A stretch of 53,891 nt of DNA from an uncultured virus (IMG/VR IMGVR_UViG_3300031951_000045) (lineage: Duplodnaviria; Heunggongvirae; Uroviricota; Caudoviricetes). Shown piece after piece: positions 35,135 to 46,379 of the stretch; the stretch's first letter is position 1, and every line of letters begins with the position of its first letter. Under the pieces are notes generated by a model. It was given only the letters and a program-made list of their open reading frames with translations. It ran no database searches and was not told where the DNA came from. Position numbers and translations under genes: made by a program. The DNA is taken from the IMG/VR virus record IMGVR_UViG_3300031951_000045, one strand, 5' to 3'.

Positions 35135-36086
35135 TTCTAAAATATTGGTTGCTGGTGCCAACGGAATGGTTGGATCGGCAATTGTTAGAAATCTTGAAAG
35201 TAAAGGTTATACTAACATCATCAAAGGAACTCGTGATGATGTAGATTTCACGAATCAAGATGAAACCGAAAGGTATTTTTGCTCAGAAGAACCTGAATAC
35301 GTGTTTGTTGCTGCTGCTAAAGTTGGCGGTATTATGGCAAACAACAACTATAAGGCAGACTTTCTGACTGAGAATATCCAAATACAAACTAATCTTATTC
35401 AGCAGTCTTATAACTTTGGTGTAAAGAAACTGTTGTTTCTTGGTTCATCTTGCATTTATCCTAAGTTTGCAACTCAACCAATTGCAGAAGACCAATTGAT
35501 GACTGGTCCTCTGGAACCGACGAATGATTCCTATTCAATTGCCAAGATTGCTGGTATTATGATGTGTCAAGCATACCGTCAACAGCACGGTTTTAATGCT
35601 ATCTCTCTGATGCCTACCAATCTTTATGGACCTAATGACAATTTCAATCTGGAAACTTCACACGTTCTTCCTGCAATGATTGCTAAGTTTCATAAGGCAA
35701 AGGAAGATGGGTATGTAATTGATTATGGTGGTCCTTGGTATGGACCATCCGTAAAACTCTGGGGTGATGGTTCTGCAATGAGAGAGTTTCTGCACGTTGA
35801 TGATTTAGCAGAGGCATGTTATGTCTGTATGCAGAGTTATGATGAATTAGAGCATATTAATGTTGGTACTGGTGAAGATGTTAGAATATGGGAACTTGCA
35901 AATATTATTTCGGATGTAGTTGGTTTTCCTGGAGAGATTTCTTGGGACTTCACTAAACCAAATGGAACTCCACGTAAAGTTCTTAATGTGGATAAGATTA
36001 AATCACTTGGATGGAAACCTAAGATTGGTCTTCGTGATGGTATTGAAAAAACTTACGAATGGTATAAAAATTATGCACAATCATAA
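35124..36086 (+). CDS. fcl: GDP-L-fucose synthase
   Basis: [51 protein letters not shown]. Confidence 0.95.
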   Translation: MDNNSKILVAGANGMVGSAIVRNLESKGYTNIIKGTRDDVDFTNQDETERYFCSEEPEYVFVAAAKVGGIMANNNYKADFLTENIQIQTNLIQQSYNFGVKKLLFLGSSCIYPKFATQPIAEDQLMTGPLEPTNDSYSIAKIAGIMMCQAYRQQHGFNAISLMPTNLYGPNDNFNLETSHVLPAMIAKFHKAKEDGYVIDYGGPWYGPSVKLWGDGSAMREFLHVDDLAEACYVCMQSYDELEHINVGTGEDVRIWELANIISDVVGFPGEISWDFTKPNGTPRKVLNVDKIKSLGWKPKIGLRDGIEKTYEWYKNYAQS

Positions 36087-36873
36087 TTTTCCAACGATTT
36101 ATTGTGCGAGTCTAAAAGAAAGCAAAGATCGTCAAGAAAATATAAAAAGACAATTTTTAGAAAATAATATTCAATCATTTCAATTTCTTTTATCAGATAG
36201 ATTTGAAAATACAAATGATATAATTGAAGGTTCTAAAGTATTTTATATTGATGATGGAACAAAGGGAGCAATAACTTCACATCTTAGAATGATAAATTAT
36301 TGGTATAATAATACTAATGAACCTTATGGTTTCTTTTGTGAAGATGATCTGAGTTTAGAAACTATTCAATATTGGAATTTTACTTGGGAAGAATTTATTG
36401 AAAATCTACCAAAAGATTGGGATTCGATTCAATTAATGTGTGCAAGTGAAAATTCTGATGATATTAGATTGAGAAGAAGAACTTGGGATGATTTTTCTGT
36501 TGGTGCTTATATTGTCACAAGAAAGTTTGCAAAAGTTTTAATTGATTCTTTCATAAAAGAAGATAAATTTCTTTTGGAATTTCCAAATAATAATGATTGG
36601 GTTCCTTTAGCAGAGCATTTAATTTATTACTCACCAAAAAGTGTTGTAGATAGTCAAAACTTGCAATATAATGTTTATGTTCTTCCTTTATTCGTAGAAG
36701 AAATAAAATTTACTACTACTTTTTTTGAAAGAAAATCAAAATATTGGGGAGAAGATACTGGACTATATAAAGAAACACATAAAGGTCATCATATTGATTC
36801 TTATCATAAAGTTTTAAATTGGTGGAAAAATGTGGGAAAAAATTTATCTTTGAATGAAATATTAAATAAATGA
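36073..36873 (+). CDS. Glycosyltransferase, GT25-like
   Basis: SL..S.DR..SH...I..W..EDD..LP.DWD.IQL..AY pattern. Confidence 0.7.
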   Translation: MHNHNFPTIYCASLKESKDRQENIKRQFLENNIQSFQFLLSDRFENTNDIIEGSKVFYIDDGTKGAITSHLRMINYWYNNTNEPYGFFCEDDLSLETIQYWNFTWEEFIENLPKDWDSIQLMCASENSDDIRLRRRTWDDFSVGAYIVTRKFAKVLIDSFIKEDKFLLEFPNNNDWVPLAEHLIYYSPKSVVDSQNLQYNVYVLPLFVEEIKFTTTFFERKSKYWGEDTGLYKETHKGHHIDSYHKVLNWWKNVGKNLSLNEILNK

Positions 36874-37535
36874 AATTTTTAACATTCTTGAATAGTGGAT
36901 GCATAAACATTTGCAAAAATATGTTAATTTCTGCAGAAAGAGTAGGAATTGATGTAAATGATTTTTATATTGCTTGTTTAGATAGTAATGCATATGAAAA
37001 TCTAAATGAATATAAAAATGCTTTTCTTTATGTTGATCAACCAGTAGTTGAATATCAAAATTGGACTTTTGATGAAAATAGTGGGTTTAGAAATATTGTA
37101 AAAAATAAATGGAGCATTATTCAAAAAATTTATCAAGAACATAAAAATTTATGTTGGGTTGATACTGATATTGTATTTGTTGAAAATCCAATTGAATATA
37201 TTTCAGGACACGAGGAAGTTCTTTTTCAGGGGGATTCTCCTGGGTCTACTTTGTGTTCTGGATTTATGGTTTTCAATGAAAGTAAAGAATGTAAACAGAT
37301 GATAAACGATTGTGCTTCTTCTGAGGGGCAGGACGATCAATTAATTATTAATGATGTAGCAATTAATAAATATCCAGAAAATATTGCTATCCTAAATCGT
37401 GACTTGTTTCCAAATGGGTATGCATATTATACTGAAGGAAAAAAAGAAAATGCACTCATAGTTCATAATAATTGGATGGTTGGTGTAGATACTAAAATTG
37501 AAAAGTTTAAGGAGGAAAATTTATGGTACTTATGA
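36870..37535 (+). CDS. Nucleotide-diphospho-sugar transferase (GT77-like)
   Basis: DTDIVF.ENP, CSGF, DDQ, FPNG, VHNNW.VG..K. Confidence 0.75.
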   Translation: MKFLTFLNSGCINICKNMLISAERVGIDVNDFYIACLDSNAYENLNEYKNAFLYVDQPVVEYQNWTFDENSGFRNIVKNKWSIIQKIYQEHKNLCWVDTDIVFVENPIEYISGHEEVLFQGDSPGSTLCSGFMVFNESKECKQMINDCASSEGQDDQLIINDVAINKYPENIAILNRDLFPNGYAYYTEGKKENALIVHNNWMVGVDTKIEKFKEENLWYL

Positions 37536-38386
37536 AAAATGATGCATTAAGACCTGCATCAATATCTCCCACATATCCTCCTTATCATACTGGAGAATAT
37601 CTTGAAGAATATTTCTTTAAGAGGTGGAACAAAGAAAATATTCAATCAAATAGAGAATATATTGATGTCTTCTGGACGAATAATTTTTGCAATTCAATGT
37701 TTGCAGGTCAACAGTATGAAAATATTCAAGAAGAGTTAGATGATGCATTAGATTCGGATGGAAAATATTTTACAGTATCTCAATTTGACGATGGGCCTTT
37801 TGAAAAATTTCCAAAAGATACTTTAATTTTTTCTGCTGGTGGGAATCGTGAAGGAGATAATATTATCCCAATTCCTTTGATTTGTAGTCCAATTCCAAAA
37901 GAATGGATTCCAAATAAAGAAAAAACCATTTTTGCTTCTTTTGTTGGTTCTAGAAATACGCATCCCATTCGTATGGATATGTGTAATCATTTATCAGGAA
38001 AGGATGGGTATAAAATTTCTGCTGGAAATTGGTCTACTGAAGTCCCTATAGACAACTTTAAACGGTTTCTAGACATAACCTGCTCTAGTAAATTTGGACT
38101 TGCTCCAAGGGGATATGGAAAGAGTAGTTTCAGATTATATGAAATTCTTCAATTGGGTACTGTTCCTGTTTACATTTCTAACGAACACTATATTCCTTGG
38201 ATGGATGAATTAGATTGGAATGATTTTTGTGTTCCTGTAAATGAAGATGAAATTGAAGACATTGATACTATATTAAAATCAATAGATGATGTAGAGTACA
38301 ATAGACTTCTTGAGAATGGTAGAAAGGTTTATCAGGAGCATTTTTCTCTTGAAGGGGTATTTAAAAATATTATAAAAAGATTATGA
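37523..38386 (+). CDS. Exostosin-family (GT47-like) glycosyltransferase
   Basis: F.G..THPIR..SKFGLAPRGYG.SSFRLYE..GTVPVYIS. Confidence 0.8.
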   Translation: MVLMKNDALRPASISPTYPPYHTGEYLEEYFFKRWNKENIQSNREYIDVFWTNNFCNSMFAGQQYENIQEELDDALDSDGKYFTVSQFDDGPFEKFPKDTLIFSAGGNREGDNIIPIPLICSPIPKEWIPNKEKTIFASFVGSRNTHPIRMDMCNHLSGKDGYKISAGNWSTEVPIDNFKRFLDITCSSKFGLAPRGYGKSSFRLYEILQLGTVPVYISNEHYIPWMDELDWNDFCVPVNEDEIEDIDTILKSIDDVEYNRLLENGRKVYQEHFSLEGVFKNIIKRL

Positions 38387-39294
38387 ATATAGCATTATTA
38401 TCTGATTATTCCATAGAAGAATATAAAAAATGTGGAAAAGAAAAATATTGGTCAACACCTAGAGGAATATATGATGCTTTTCTAAAAGACGAAAGAATAT
38501 CTGAAATAAGATGGTATCCATTACCTAGAGGGAATGAGTTTGGATTTATTGAATTGAAAAAACAATATGATGATGGGGAATTTGTTCCTGATATTATTTT
38601 TTATATGTCTTGTGGACCTGCTAATGCGGATAAATTTTTTAATAAAGAAAATTTCCCAAAAAGTAAATTGGTTGTGGAATGTGGAGATGAACCTCAAACT
38701 TTTTCTTACAATGTAGAGAGAACTAAAAATGCGGATTTAATACTTACTCCCGATGTTGAGTGTTATTTGCATTATAAATCAATCGGTTATGACGTAATAT
38801 TTACTTCACATTGGACTGATATGAATATTTTTTATTCATCTTTTACCACATATGAACCATTTGATGTTGTAACTTCTATGTATGGTGAAAGGGGTGAAGT
38901 TGTTAGTTATCTCCAAGAAAATCTTGGATCTTCTTTTTATCTTAAAAATAATTTAAAAGATATTGAAAATGGAGATCTTTATAGAAATGGAAAAATAGTT
39001 TTCCAAAAAGCAAGAGCTGGTGAAGTCACTCGACGTATTTTTGAAGGAATGTCTTGTAAAAAAATGGTAATAACAGATAGACTTGATAAAAATAAACAAC
39101 TTGAAAATATTTTTGTTGAGAATGAAGAAATTATATTTTATTCTTCCAAAGAGGAAGCACTTGAAAAGATACAATTTTATTTAAATAATGATGATGAAAG
39201 AAATCGTATAGCAGAAAATGGATATAAAAAAGTAATAGATTGCTTTACTACAAAAAATATTGTAGAATATGTTTTAACCGGAAAAGATGAATGA
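38383..39294 (+). CDS. CgeB-like GT-B glycosyltransferase
   Basis: RRIFEGMSC..ITD..EEII.Y..I.FYL....ER.RIAENG. Confidence 0.75.
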   Translation: MNIALLSDYSIEEYKKCGKEKYWSTPRGIYDAFLKDERISEIRWYPLPRGNEFGFIELKKQYDDGEFVPDIIFYMSCGPANADKFFNKENFPKSKLVVECGDEPQTFSYNVERTKNADLILTPDVECYLHYKSIGYDVIFTSHWTDMNIFYSSFTTYEPFDVVTSMYGERGEVVSYLQENLGSSFYLKNNLKDIENGDLYRNGKIVFQKARAGEVTRRIFEGMSCKKMVITDRLDKNKQLENIFVENEEIIFYSSKEEALEKIQFYLNNDDERNRIAENGYKKVIDCFTTKNIVEYVLTGKDE

Positions 39295-40046
39295 AAAAAA
39301 TACTATTAGTTTTTGCTGACTATAATGACAATCGGCAAGAGTTTTTTGATAAGTATATGTCTCCAAGAAATCAAGAATATGCAGACAAGCATGGATTTGA
39401 GTATCTTGAGTTAAAAGAAAATTTATACAAGTATCGTGGAAGTTATACCTGGTTAAAATTTACTGTTCTTGAGCAAATGCTTGATGAAGGATACATCAAA
39501 GATGGGGATATTATAACACACCTTGATGCTGATATGTGCGTTGCAAAAATAGATATTCCATATGAGACAACAAAATCCTTTTCATATTCTATTGATTCTG
39601 GAAATACCCATTGTATGGGATCTTTTTCTATTAAAATTAATGAATGGTCTAGACAATTAATTTCAAATGTTCTTTCTGAAGATAGATATAGATCACTTAA
39701 TGATGCTGTTACCAAACATGAAAGATTTGGATATGTAAATAGTTTTTGGCACGAGTTTAGAGAGCAGGCATCTTGGTATTCTTTAGCAGGAATTAAAAGA
39801 CATTCTGATGAACCATTTTGGAATTTACCTGATTTTGGATGGCATTCATCAAAAGATGAATGGACGGTTTATTCTTTAGAAGAACTTTATGAACACGTTG
39901 AAGTTCTTCCAACTGCTTGGAATGTTACTGAACTTGAGGGGGAATCCTCTTGTGAATTTTTAATAAATAAGGTGTCAAAAGGAGATGTAATTATTCGTCA
40001 TTTTGCTGGTGGACAACAATGGAGAAAGGAGTGGTTTGAACAATGA
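39291..40046 (+). CDS. Galactosyl/mannosyltransferase-like (GT34-like)
   Basis: YADKHGF..W.K..LDAD..EQA..WN..HFAG. Confidence 0.65.
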   Translation: MKKILLVFADYNDNRQEFFDKYMSPRNQEYADKHGFEYLELKENLYKYRGSYTWLKFTVLEQMLDEGYIKDGDIITHLDADMCVAKIDIPYETTKSFSYSIDSGNTHCMGSFSIKINEWSRQLISNVLSEDRYRSLNDAVTKHERFGYVNSFWHEFREQASWYSLAGIKRHSDEPFWNLPDFGWHSSKDEWTVYSLEELYEHVEVLPTAWNVTELEGESSCEFLINKVSKGDVIIRHFAGGQQWRKEWFEQ

Positions 40047-40666
40047 AAAAGTATTTTTTGGATTGTGGAACGAATTTAGCACAAGGTTTGATAAAATTTA
40101 TAGATGATGGAATTATAGATAGTACTTTTGAAATTCATTGTTTTGAACCAAATCCTTATGCAATTGAATTTTCAAAAAACAGATTGTTGAATAGTAAGTA
40201 TAAAAATCATTCTATTATTTTTAATGAGGTTGCTTTATGGACTGAAGAATGTAGTAAAGTTTTAACATTGGAATCATTTGATGGTGAATATTTTTGCCAA
40301 CAAACAGGTAATCTTTTGGGATATGATTTAAAATCTGGTGGTGCAACTAATATTATGGGTGATGAATGGAGCAAACCTGGATGGATTGAGGATAACTGGA
40401 TTGATAAAAGTTTGGAAGTTAAATGTATTGATTTTTCAGAATATTTAAAAAAAACTGTCAATGAAAATGATTATGTCATATGTAAAATGGACATTGAAGG
40501 TGCCGAATATGATGTTCTTGGTAAACTTATAGATGATGATAGTATAGATCTAATTGATGAAATTTATATTGAATGGCACAATCATTTATTGAAGACGAAT
40601 TATGATACGCAAGCATTTATTGATGAAATGAAACGTAGAAATATAAAAGTTGAGAGTTGGATTTAA
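40043..40666 (+). CDS. FkbM-family methyltransferase
   Basis: LDCGTN.., FEPNP, KMDIEGAEY, IEWH. Confidence 0.85.
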   Translation: MKKYFLDCGTNLAQGLIKFIDDGIIDSTFEIHCFEPNPYAIEFSKNRLLNSKYKNHSIIFNEVALWTEECSKVLTLESFDGEYFCQQTGNLLGYDLKSGGATNIMGDEWSKPGWIEDNWIDKSLEVKCIDFSEYLKKTVNENDYVICKMDIEGAEYDVLGKLIDDDSIDLIDEIYIEWHNHLLKTNYDTQAFIDEMKRRNIKVESWI

Positions 40667-40668
40667 TC

Positions 40669-41286
40669 ATGAAAACTTTCATTTGTCATTGGAAAAAGTT
40701 AAAAAAAAGAAAAGAAGTTCTTTTAGAAGTTTTAAAAGAAGAAAAAATAGATGAATATGAATTTGTAACAGATTATGATGTTGATGATTGGAATATAGAT
40801 GAAATTAAAAAAGAATTTCCAAAAATTTTTGAATTAAATCCAAAAGGAAGAAAGTTAAAATATTCTGAAATTTCTTTATCTTTAAAGCATATTAAAATAA
40901 TTAATGAAGTCGCAGAAAAATACGATTATGCTTTAGTTTTGGAAGATGATGTAATTCTGTGTGATAATTTTCAAGAAGAATTTTTAAAGACTTTTCAACA
41001 ACTTCCAGAAAATTGGGATTTGGGGTGGGCTGGAACTTGTTGCAATCTACATTCTTATCCACCTAAAGGAATGAGAATATCTAAAACAAATGGTTCTAGA
41101 TGCACTCATGCTTATATTATAAACAATAAATGTGCAAAAAAAATTTTAGATGAATTGAAATATTGTAATGATGGAGCAGATTTTTATTATAATTATTTGA
41201 TTGAAAAATATCAGTTGAATAATTATTGGTTTGAACCTCCATTGGCAATACAAAATCCTGACTTTGATACAACAATACAAAATTAA
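40669..41286 (+). CDS. Glycosyltransferase, GT25-like
   Basis: EISLSLKH, LVLEDDV, LPENWD, CTHAYII, AD, PPL..Q. Confidence 0.8.
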   Translation: MKTFICHWKKLKKRKEVLLEVLKEEKIDEYEFVTDYDVDDWNIDEIKKEFPKIFELNPKGRKLKYSEISLSLKHIKIINEVAEKYDYALVLEDDVILCDNFQEEFLKTFQQLPENWDLGWAGTCCNLHSYPPKGMRISKTNGSRCTHAYIINNKCAKKILDELKYCNDGADFYYNYLIEKYQLNNYWFEPPLAIQNPDFDTTIQN

Positions 41287-41287
41287 A

Positions 41288-42142
41288 ATGAATATATCTT
41301 TTTTAGATTTTTGGCAATACCCAAAAGCATTTAATCCAAATAATAATTTTTTTATTCATGTTATTCGTGAATTATTTGAAGAAGTTCAAGTTGTTCATCC
41401 AGAAGACGCAGATGTAATATTTTTTAGTTCTTTTGGCACTGAAAATAGAATGTATAAAAATTGTAAAAAAGTTTTTTATACGGGAGAAAATCAAAGACCA
41501 AATTTTAAAAAATGTGACTATTCTTTGACATTTGATTATGATAGTTATGATGGAAAAAATTTTCGTCTTCCTCTTTGGTATCTTTACATTGATTGGTTTG
41601 GGGTAATGACGTATGATAATCCAGACTGGTTAATTCCTGAATCTTATCTTTATGATGAAAATGAATTTACAAAAAAAGAAAAGAATAAATTTTGTTCTAT
41701 TGTTTTTGGTTCACCAATAGATAGTAGATTGCAAGCAATTGATAGTATATCTAAATATAAACTAGTAGATGTTTTTGGAAAAGTAAACAAAAAATATTTT
41801 TTACCAGACGGTGAAAAATATAAATTAGATTTAATATCTAATTATAAATTTTCACTTTGTTACGAAAATTCGATTCATTCTGGATATCATACAGAAAAAT
41901 TTTTACACGGAAAAATTGCAGGAAATATTCCAATTTATTATGGGAGTGATACCGTAAGTATTGATTTTAATGAACATTGTTGTATTAATGCTAGTAATAT
42001 GAGTTTGGAACAATTAAATGAAAAAATTAAACAAATAGATAGTGATGATAAATTATATCAAGAAATTTTAAATCAACCTTTATTTACAGAAAAGATAAAT
42101 CTTGATATAATAAAAGAATCTTTTTATTGTATTTTAAAATAA
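41288..42142 (+). CDS. Alpha-1,3/4-fucosyltransferase (GT10-like)
   Basis: FYTGEN.RP, RLPLW, YKFSLCYENS...GY.TEK....AG.IPIYYG. Confidence 0.88.
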   Translation: MNISFLDFWQYPKAFNPNNNFFIHVIRELFEEVQVVHPEDADVIFFSSFGTENRMYKNCKKVFYTGENQRPNFKKCDYSLTFDYDSYDGKNFRLPLWYLYIDWFGVMTYDNPDWLIPESYLYDENEFTKKEKNKFCSIVFGSPIDSRLQAIDSISKYKLVDVFGKVNKKYFLPDGEKYKLDLISNYKFSLCYENSIHSGYHTEKFLHGKIAGNIPIYYGSDTVSIDFNEHCCINASNMSLEQLNEKIKQIDSDDKLYQEILNQPLFTEKINLDIIKESFYCILK

Positions 42143-42156
42143 ATTACTAAAAAATT

Positions 42157-42795
42157 ATGAATTATCAAAGACAACCTGATTTGCCTTATCCACAACCTTG
42201 GGAATGGATTAAAGATAATATAGAATTTTCTGATGATGAATGTTTATATGTTGATGTTGGGGCAAATGATGGTTTGATTGTTTCCAATACAGCATATTTT
42301 GATCTTGACCTTAATTGGAAGGGAATATGTATAGAACCACATCCTAGAGCATTTTCTGAATTAATAAAAAATAGAACTAATTCTATTAATTTAAATATTT
42401 GTATTTCTGATGAAGAAGGTGAAGTTGATTTTTGTGCTGTGAGTGGATATGCAGAAATGCTTTCTGGGATAGAAAAATGTTACCATCCAGACCATAAAAA
42501 AAGGATAAAATCAGAGATTGAAAAATATGGTGGCAATAAAGAAATTGTAAAAATAATTTCAAAACCATTACGACAAGTTTTATCTGAAAATGAAGTAAAA
42601 AAAGTTGATTATCTTTCAATAGACACTGAAGGATCAGAATTGCAAATTCTCAAAAGTATTGATTTTGATGCTGTAGATATTAGAGTAATTTCCACTGAAA
42701 ATTCTTCTAAATCTGATATAAAAATATTTTTAGAAAGTAAAGGATTTGTTTTTGCTGATATGGTATGTTGTGATGAAATTTATTATAAAAAATAA
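42157..42795 (+). CDS. FkbM-family methyltransferase
   Basis: VDVGANDG..SNT..WKGICIEP..LSIDTEGSE. Confidence 0.88.
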   Translation: MNYQRQPDLPYPQPWEWIKDNIEFSDDECLYVDVGANDGLIVSNTAYFDLDLNWKGICIEPHPRAFSELIKNRTNSINLNICISDEEGEVDFCAVSGYAEMLSGIEKCYHPDHKKRIKSEIEKYGGNKEIVKIISKPLRQVLSENEVKKVDYLSIDTEGSELQILKSIDFDAVDIRVISTENSSKSDIKIFLESKGFVFADMVCCDEIYYKK

Positions 42796-42798
42796 ATT

Positions 42799-43524
42799 AT
42801 GAAAATAGCAGTTTGTTTTTCGGGAAAAACTAGAAATTTTGAAGATACTTATCCTTATTTTAAAAAAAATTTATTTGATAAATTTGATACTGATGTATTT
42901 GTATTTTCATCTCCCAATAAACATGGATATGATTATAATATAAACAAAATTAAAGAATTGTATGATCCTAAAAAAATTATTTTAAATGATGATAATTTTT
43001 ATAAAAATATATCTAAGGAATATAATTTTAAAGACCCATTAATACAAATGTGGTATAATATTTTTCATGCCGATAAACTAAGAAGGGATTATGAAATTAA
43101 AAATGATTTAAAATATAATTATGTTTTTAGAATGAGATTTGATTTCTTTTTTATTAAAACTTTAAATGAAGTTTCAATAAAATTAAATGAAATAGATGAT
43201 AACACTGTTGCAATTCCATATAGGTGGAATTTTTCGGAAGTTCATCCTATGGCAAAAACTGACATGTTTTCTATAGGTACTTCAACATCTATGACAAAAT
43301 ATTGTAATTTATTTGAATGTATAAATGATTATATTTTTTCTTTGCCAAAAAATAGTAATGGAACCCCTCATCCAGAATCTTTACTTGGAGTTTATTTAAA
43401 TTCAATTGGATTGAATGTGATTCCAACCGAATCACCATATGAATTTGAGTATCCTAATGAAATAGATATTGGATCTAAAGAACTTTCGTTTATATCAAAT
43501 TATAGAAAATCTGCATTTGATTAA
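42799..43524 (+). CDS. Putative glycosyltransferase-like protein, paralogue of 46849..47532
   Basis: MKIAVCFSG.TR..Y.P...MWY..YNYVFRMRFD..D.F.IG..M..Y..PE..L. Confidence 0.6.
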   Translation: MKIAVCFSGKTRNFEDTYPYFKKNLFDKFDTDVFVFSSPNKHGYDYNINKIKELYDPKKIILNDDNFYKNISKEYNFKDPLIQMWYNIFHADKLRRDYEIKNDLKYNYVFRMRFDFFFIKTLNEVSIKLNEIDDNTVAIPYRWNFSEVHPMAKTDMFSIGTSTSMTKYCNLFECINDYIFSLPKNSNGTPHPESLLGVYLNSIGLNVIPTESPYEFEYPNEIDIGSKELSFISNYRKSAFD

Positions 43525-43567
43525 CTATTGTTATTGTGATATAATACCTGTAGTAGTTTTTTTTTTT

Positions 43568-44194
43568 ATGACTGAAAGATCATACTCTAACGATCCAACA
43601 AATGTAATAACGGAGTATCAATTCTGTCCGAATGATTGTCCTTCTCAAGTATTTGATTTGCCAAATAAAAATGAAATATCAATAGTGGTTGTTGGTGCTC
43701 ATGATGGTGTTAATGGAGAACAATATGGATTGATGCCATTTCTTGATAATATTGATAATTTTAAAATCTATCTAATAGAACCAATAAAGTCATGGTTTGA
43801 TCAGTTGTACGAAGTTTATGGAAAATTTGGAGAACGTGTAGTATATTTAAATTATGCAATTACTGAAAAAACTTCAAAAATAAAAATGATAGATCAGGGA
43901 GTCATGTCTAAAATTGGTGATGGGAATTTGGTAGTTGAATCAAAATCTTGGAATGATTTTATATGTGAAAATAAAATTAATTCTATAGATATTTTGCTTT
44001 TAGATTGTGAGGGGTATGAATTTAATATCTTGAAGCAAATTAATTATGAAAAAAATCCACCAAAAAATATTAGATATGAATATGTACATTCCCAAGATAA
44101 AGAGGAGATGGATTTGTTCTTAAAAAAAATGGGTTATGATATAACCTTAGATGATACTGACCCGACATATAATAAAGTTGCTAAAAGAGTATGA
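43568..44194 (+). CDS. FkbM-family methyltransferase
   Basis: VGAHDG, LIEP, NYAI, LLLDCEGYE, YE..H. Confidence 0.8.
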   Translation: MTERSYSNDPTNVITEYQFCPNDCPSQVFDLPNKNEISIVVVGAHDGVNGEQYGLMPFLDNIDNFKIYLIEPIKSWFDQLYEVYGKFGERVVYLNYAITEKTSKIKMIDQGVMSKIGDGNLVVESKSWNDFICENKINSIDILLLDCEGYEFNILKQINYEKNPPKNIRYEYVHSQDKEEMDLFLKKMGYDITLDDTDPTYNKVAKRV

Positions 44195-44985
44195 AGATAA
44201 AAGTTTTTGTAGTAACCTATAATAATTTTGAGTATTTAAAAAATAATATAGTATCTATTTTAAACTCTGATTTAGTTAATTATAATTATTCAATAAATGT
44301 TATTGATAATTATTGCCAGGGAAATAAAGTAAAAAACTTTTGTTATGAAAATAATATAAATTTATTTGAAAATAAGTTAAGACCTTCTTTTTCTACAGGG
44401 CATCTATCCAGAAGTTGGAATCAATGTATTATTAATGGATTTAAAGATTTAAATAATCCCGATTGTGATATTCTTGTTTTGTGTCAAGATGATAATTTAT
44501 TTTTATCTGAATGGTGCAATGAATTGATTGGTCATCATGATACTTATGAATTTATTTCTATGGGTGGTGGTGATCAATTCCATTCATATAAACCAGAACA
44601 TATTAAAAAAGTAGGTTTATGGGACGAAAGATTTTGTAATATAGGTTATCAAGAATATGATTACTTTATTAGATCTTATATTTACAATAAAGAATATTCT
44701 TCTATTAATGATCGAAAACACAAAAGATTATATAATACTATTGGAGATAAATTTATAAGTCATGATGACCATTTGATTGGTGGTATGAGAAGTGATCCAA
44801 GACATTTAAATAGTACAAAATATCATAATATATCACATCAAATTTTAATTCAAAAATGGGGAAGTGAAATTTGGAATATTGACTACTTAAACACTTTATG
44901 TGTAAGTAAAATACCAAATTATGTATATTATCCTTATTTTGAAAAGGACATATATAATTTGAAAGAAAAAAATTATTTGATTTAA
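44191..44985 (+). CDS. GT2/GT-A-like glycosyltransferase
   Basis: VVTYN..IDN..SWN..QDD..VGLWDERF..E.DY..R. Confidence 0.7.
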   Translation: MKIKVFVVTYNNFEYLKNNIVSILNSDLVNYNYSINVIDNYCQGNKVKNFCYENNINLFENKLRPSFSTGHLSRSWNQCIINGFKDLNNPDCDILVLCQDDNLFLSEWCNELIGHHDTYEFISMGGGDQFHSYKPEHIKKVGLWDERFCNIGYQEYDYFIRSYIYNKEYSSINDRKHKRLYNTIGDKFISHDDHLIGGMRSDPRHLNSTKYHNISHQILIQKWGSEIWNIDYLNTLCVSKIPNYVYYPYFEKDIYNLKEKNYLI

Positions 44986-45011
44986 TTTTTTTATTTATTT
45001 TTATTTTTTAA

Positions 45012-46379
45012 ATGAACAGTTTAGTTATCTTTGATTTGGATGGTGTCCTAATCGACAGTAAAGATTATCATTATGAAGCATTAAATCAAGCACTTGGAAA
45101 TGAGTATGCTATCGGTAGAGAAGAACATGTAAGCATTTATGATGGTCTTCCCACAAAAGCAAAATTAGAACTTTTAACCAAGAATAAAGGTCTTCCCGTA
45201 GATCTTTATGATAAAATTTGGAGAGAAAAGCAAGAAGCAACTCTCAAAATCTTTAATGACTGCGTTGCAAAAGATTATGAGTTGATGGGATATTTCCAAC
45301 AACTTGTAGATGCTGGATATAAGATTGCTGTTGCATCTAACAGTATTCGTAATACTGTAAAGATTATTCTCTTACGTCTTGGGCTTCTGGAATTTATTGA
45401 TATGTACGTCTCCAATGAAGACGTTGTTCGCAATAAACCATTCCCAGCAATGTATTGGAAGTGTATGACTGCTTTAGGTGCTCTTCCAGCAGACACTGTA
45501 ATTGTTGAGGACAGTCATATTGGTAGACAGGGAGCATTGGATAGTAAAGCGCACCTTGTTCCAGTGGAGAATAGAAAAGATTTAAATCAAGAAAAGATTA
45601 ATAGGATTAAAAAGATTCTTAATGGCAAAAAACAAAAGGTTGCATGGGAGAGCAAAACTATGAATGTTCTGATCCCTATGGCAGGTGCTGGCAGTAGATT
45701 TGCTAGCCAGGGATACACCTTCCCCAAACCTCTGATTGAAGTTAGAGGTAAACCAATGATCCAAGTAGTGGTTGAGAATCTAAACATTAAAGCAAACTAT
45801 ACTTTTATTGTTCAAAAGGAACACTATGAAAAGTATAATTTAAATTATCTTCTTCCACTGATTGCTCCTAATTGCAACATTGTTCAAGTAGATGGCATTA
45901 CTGAAGGTGCTGCTTGTACTACTCTCTTAGCTAAACAGTTTATTGATAATGATGAACCTCTTGTAATGGCAAACTCAGATCAGTTTGTTGTTTGGGATTC
46001 AAATGAAACTCTTTATGCTTTTCAGAATGGAGAATGTGATGGAGGTATCCTGACATTCCCTGCAACTCATCCCAAGTGGTCCTATGCTAAACTTGGTGAA
46101 GATGGATATGTTGAAGAGGTTGCTGAGAAGAAGCCAATTTCAGAACATGCAACTGTTGGAATTTATTATTGGAAGAAAGGTTCTGACTATGTTAAGTATG
46201 CAGAACAAATGATTAAAAAAGATATTAGAGTCAATAATGAGTTCTATGTTTGTCCTGTATTCAATGAAGCAATTTCTGATGGAAAGAAAATCAGAATTAA
46301 AGAAATAGAGAAAGATGGAATGTGGGGAATTGGAACACCCGAAGATCTAAACTATTTTTTGGAGAACTACAAAGAATGA
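45012..46379 (+). CDS. HAD phosphatase fused to sugar-phosphate nucleotidyltransferase
   Basis: N-terminal FDLDGVL..SNS..KP.P..EDS..G; C-terminal IPMAGAGSRF..PKPLI..GAACT..NSDQ..EKKPIS..GTPEDL. Confidence 0.9.
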   Translation: MNSLVIFDLDGVLIDSKDYHYEALNQALGNEYAIGREEHVSIYDGLPTKAKLELLTKNKGLPVDLYDKIWREKQEATLKIFNDCVAKDYELMGYFQQLVDAGYKIAVASNSIRNTVKIILLRLGLLEFIDMYVSNEDVVRNKPFPAMYWKCMTALGALPADTVIVEDSHIGRQGALDSKAHLVPVENRKDLNQEKINRIKKILNGKKQKVAWESKTMNVLIPMAGAGSRFASQGYTFPKPLIEVRGKPMIQVVVENLNIKANYTFIVQKEHYEKYNLNYLLPLIAPNCNIVQVDGITEGAACTTLLAKQFIDNDEPLVMANSDQFVVWDSNETLYAFQNGECDGGILTFPATHPKWSYAKLGEDGYVEEVAEKKPISEHATVGIYYWKKGSDYVKYAEQMIKKDIRVNNEFYVCPVFNEAISDGKKIRIKEIEKDGMWGIGTPEDLNYFLENYKE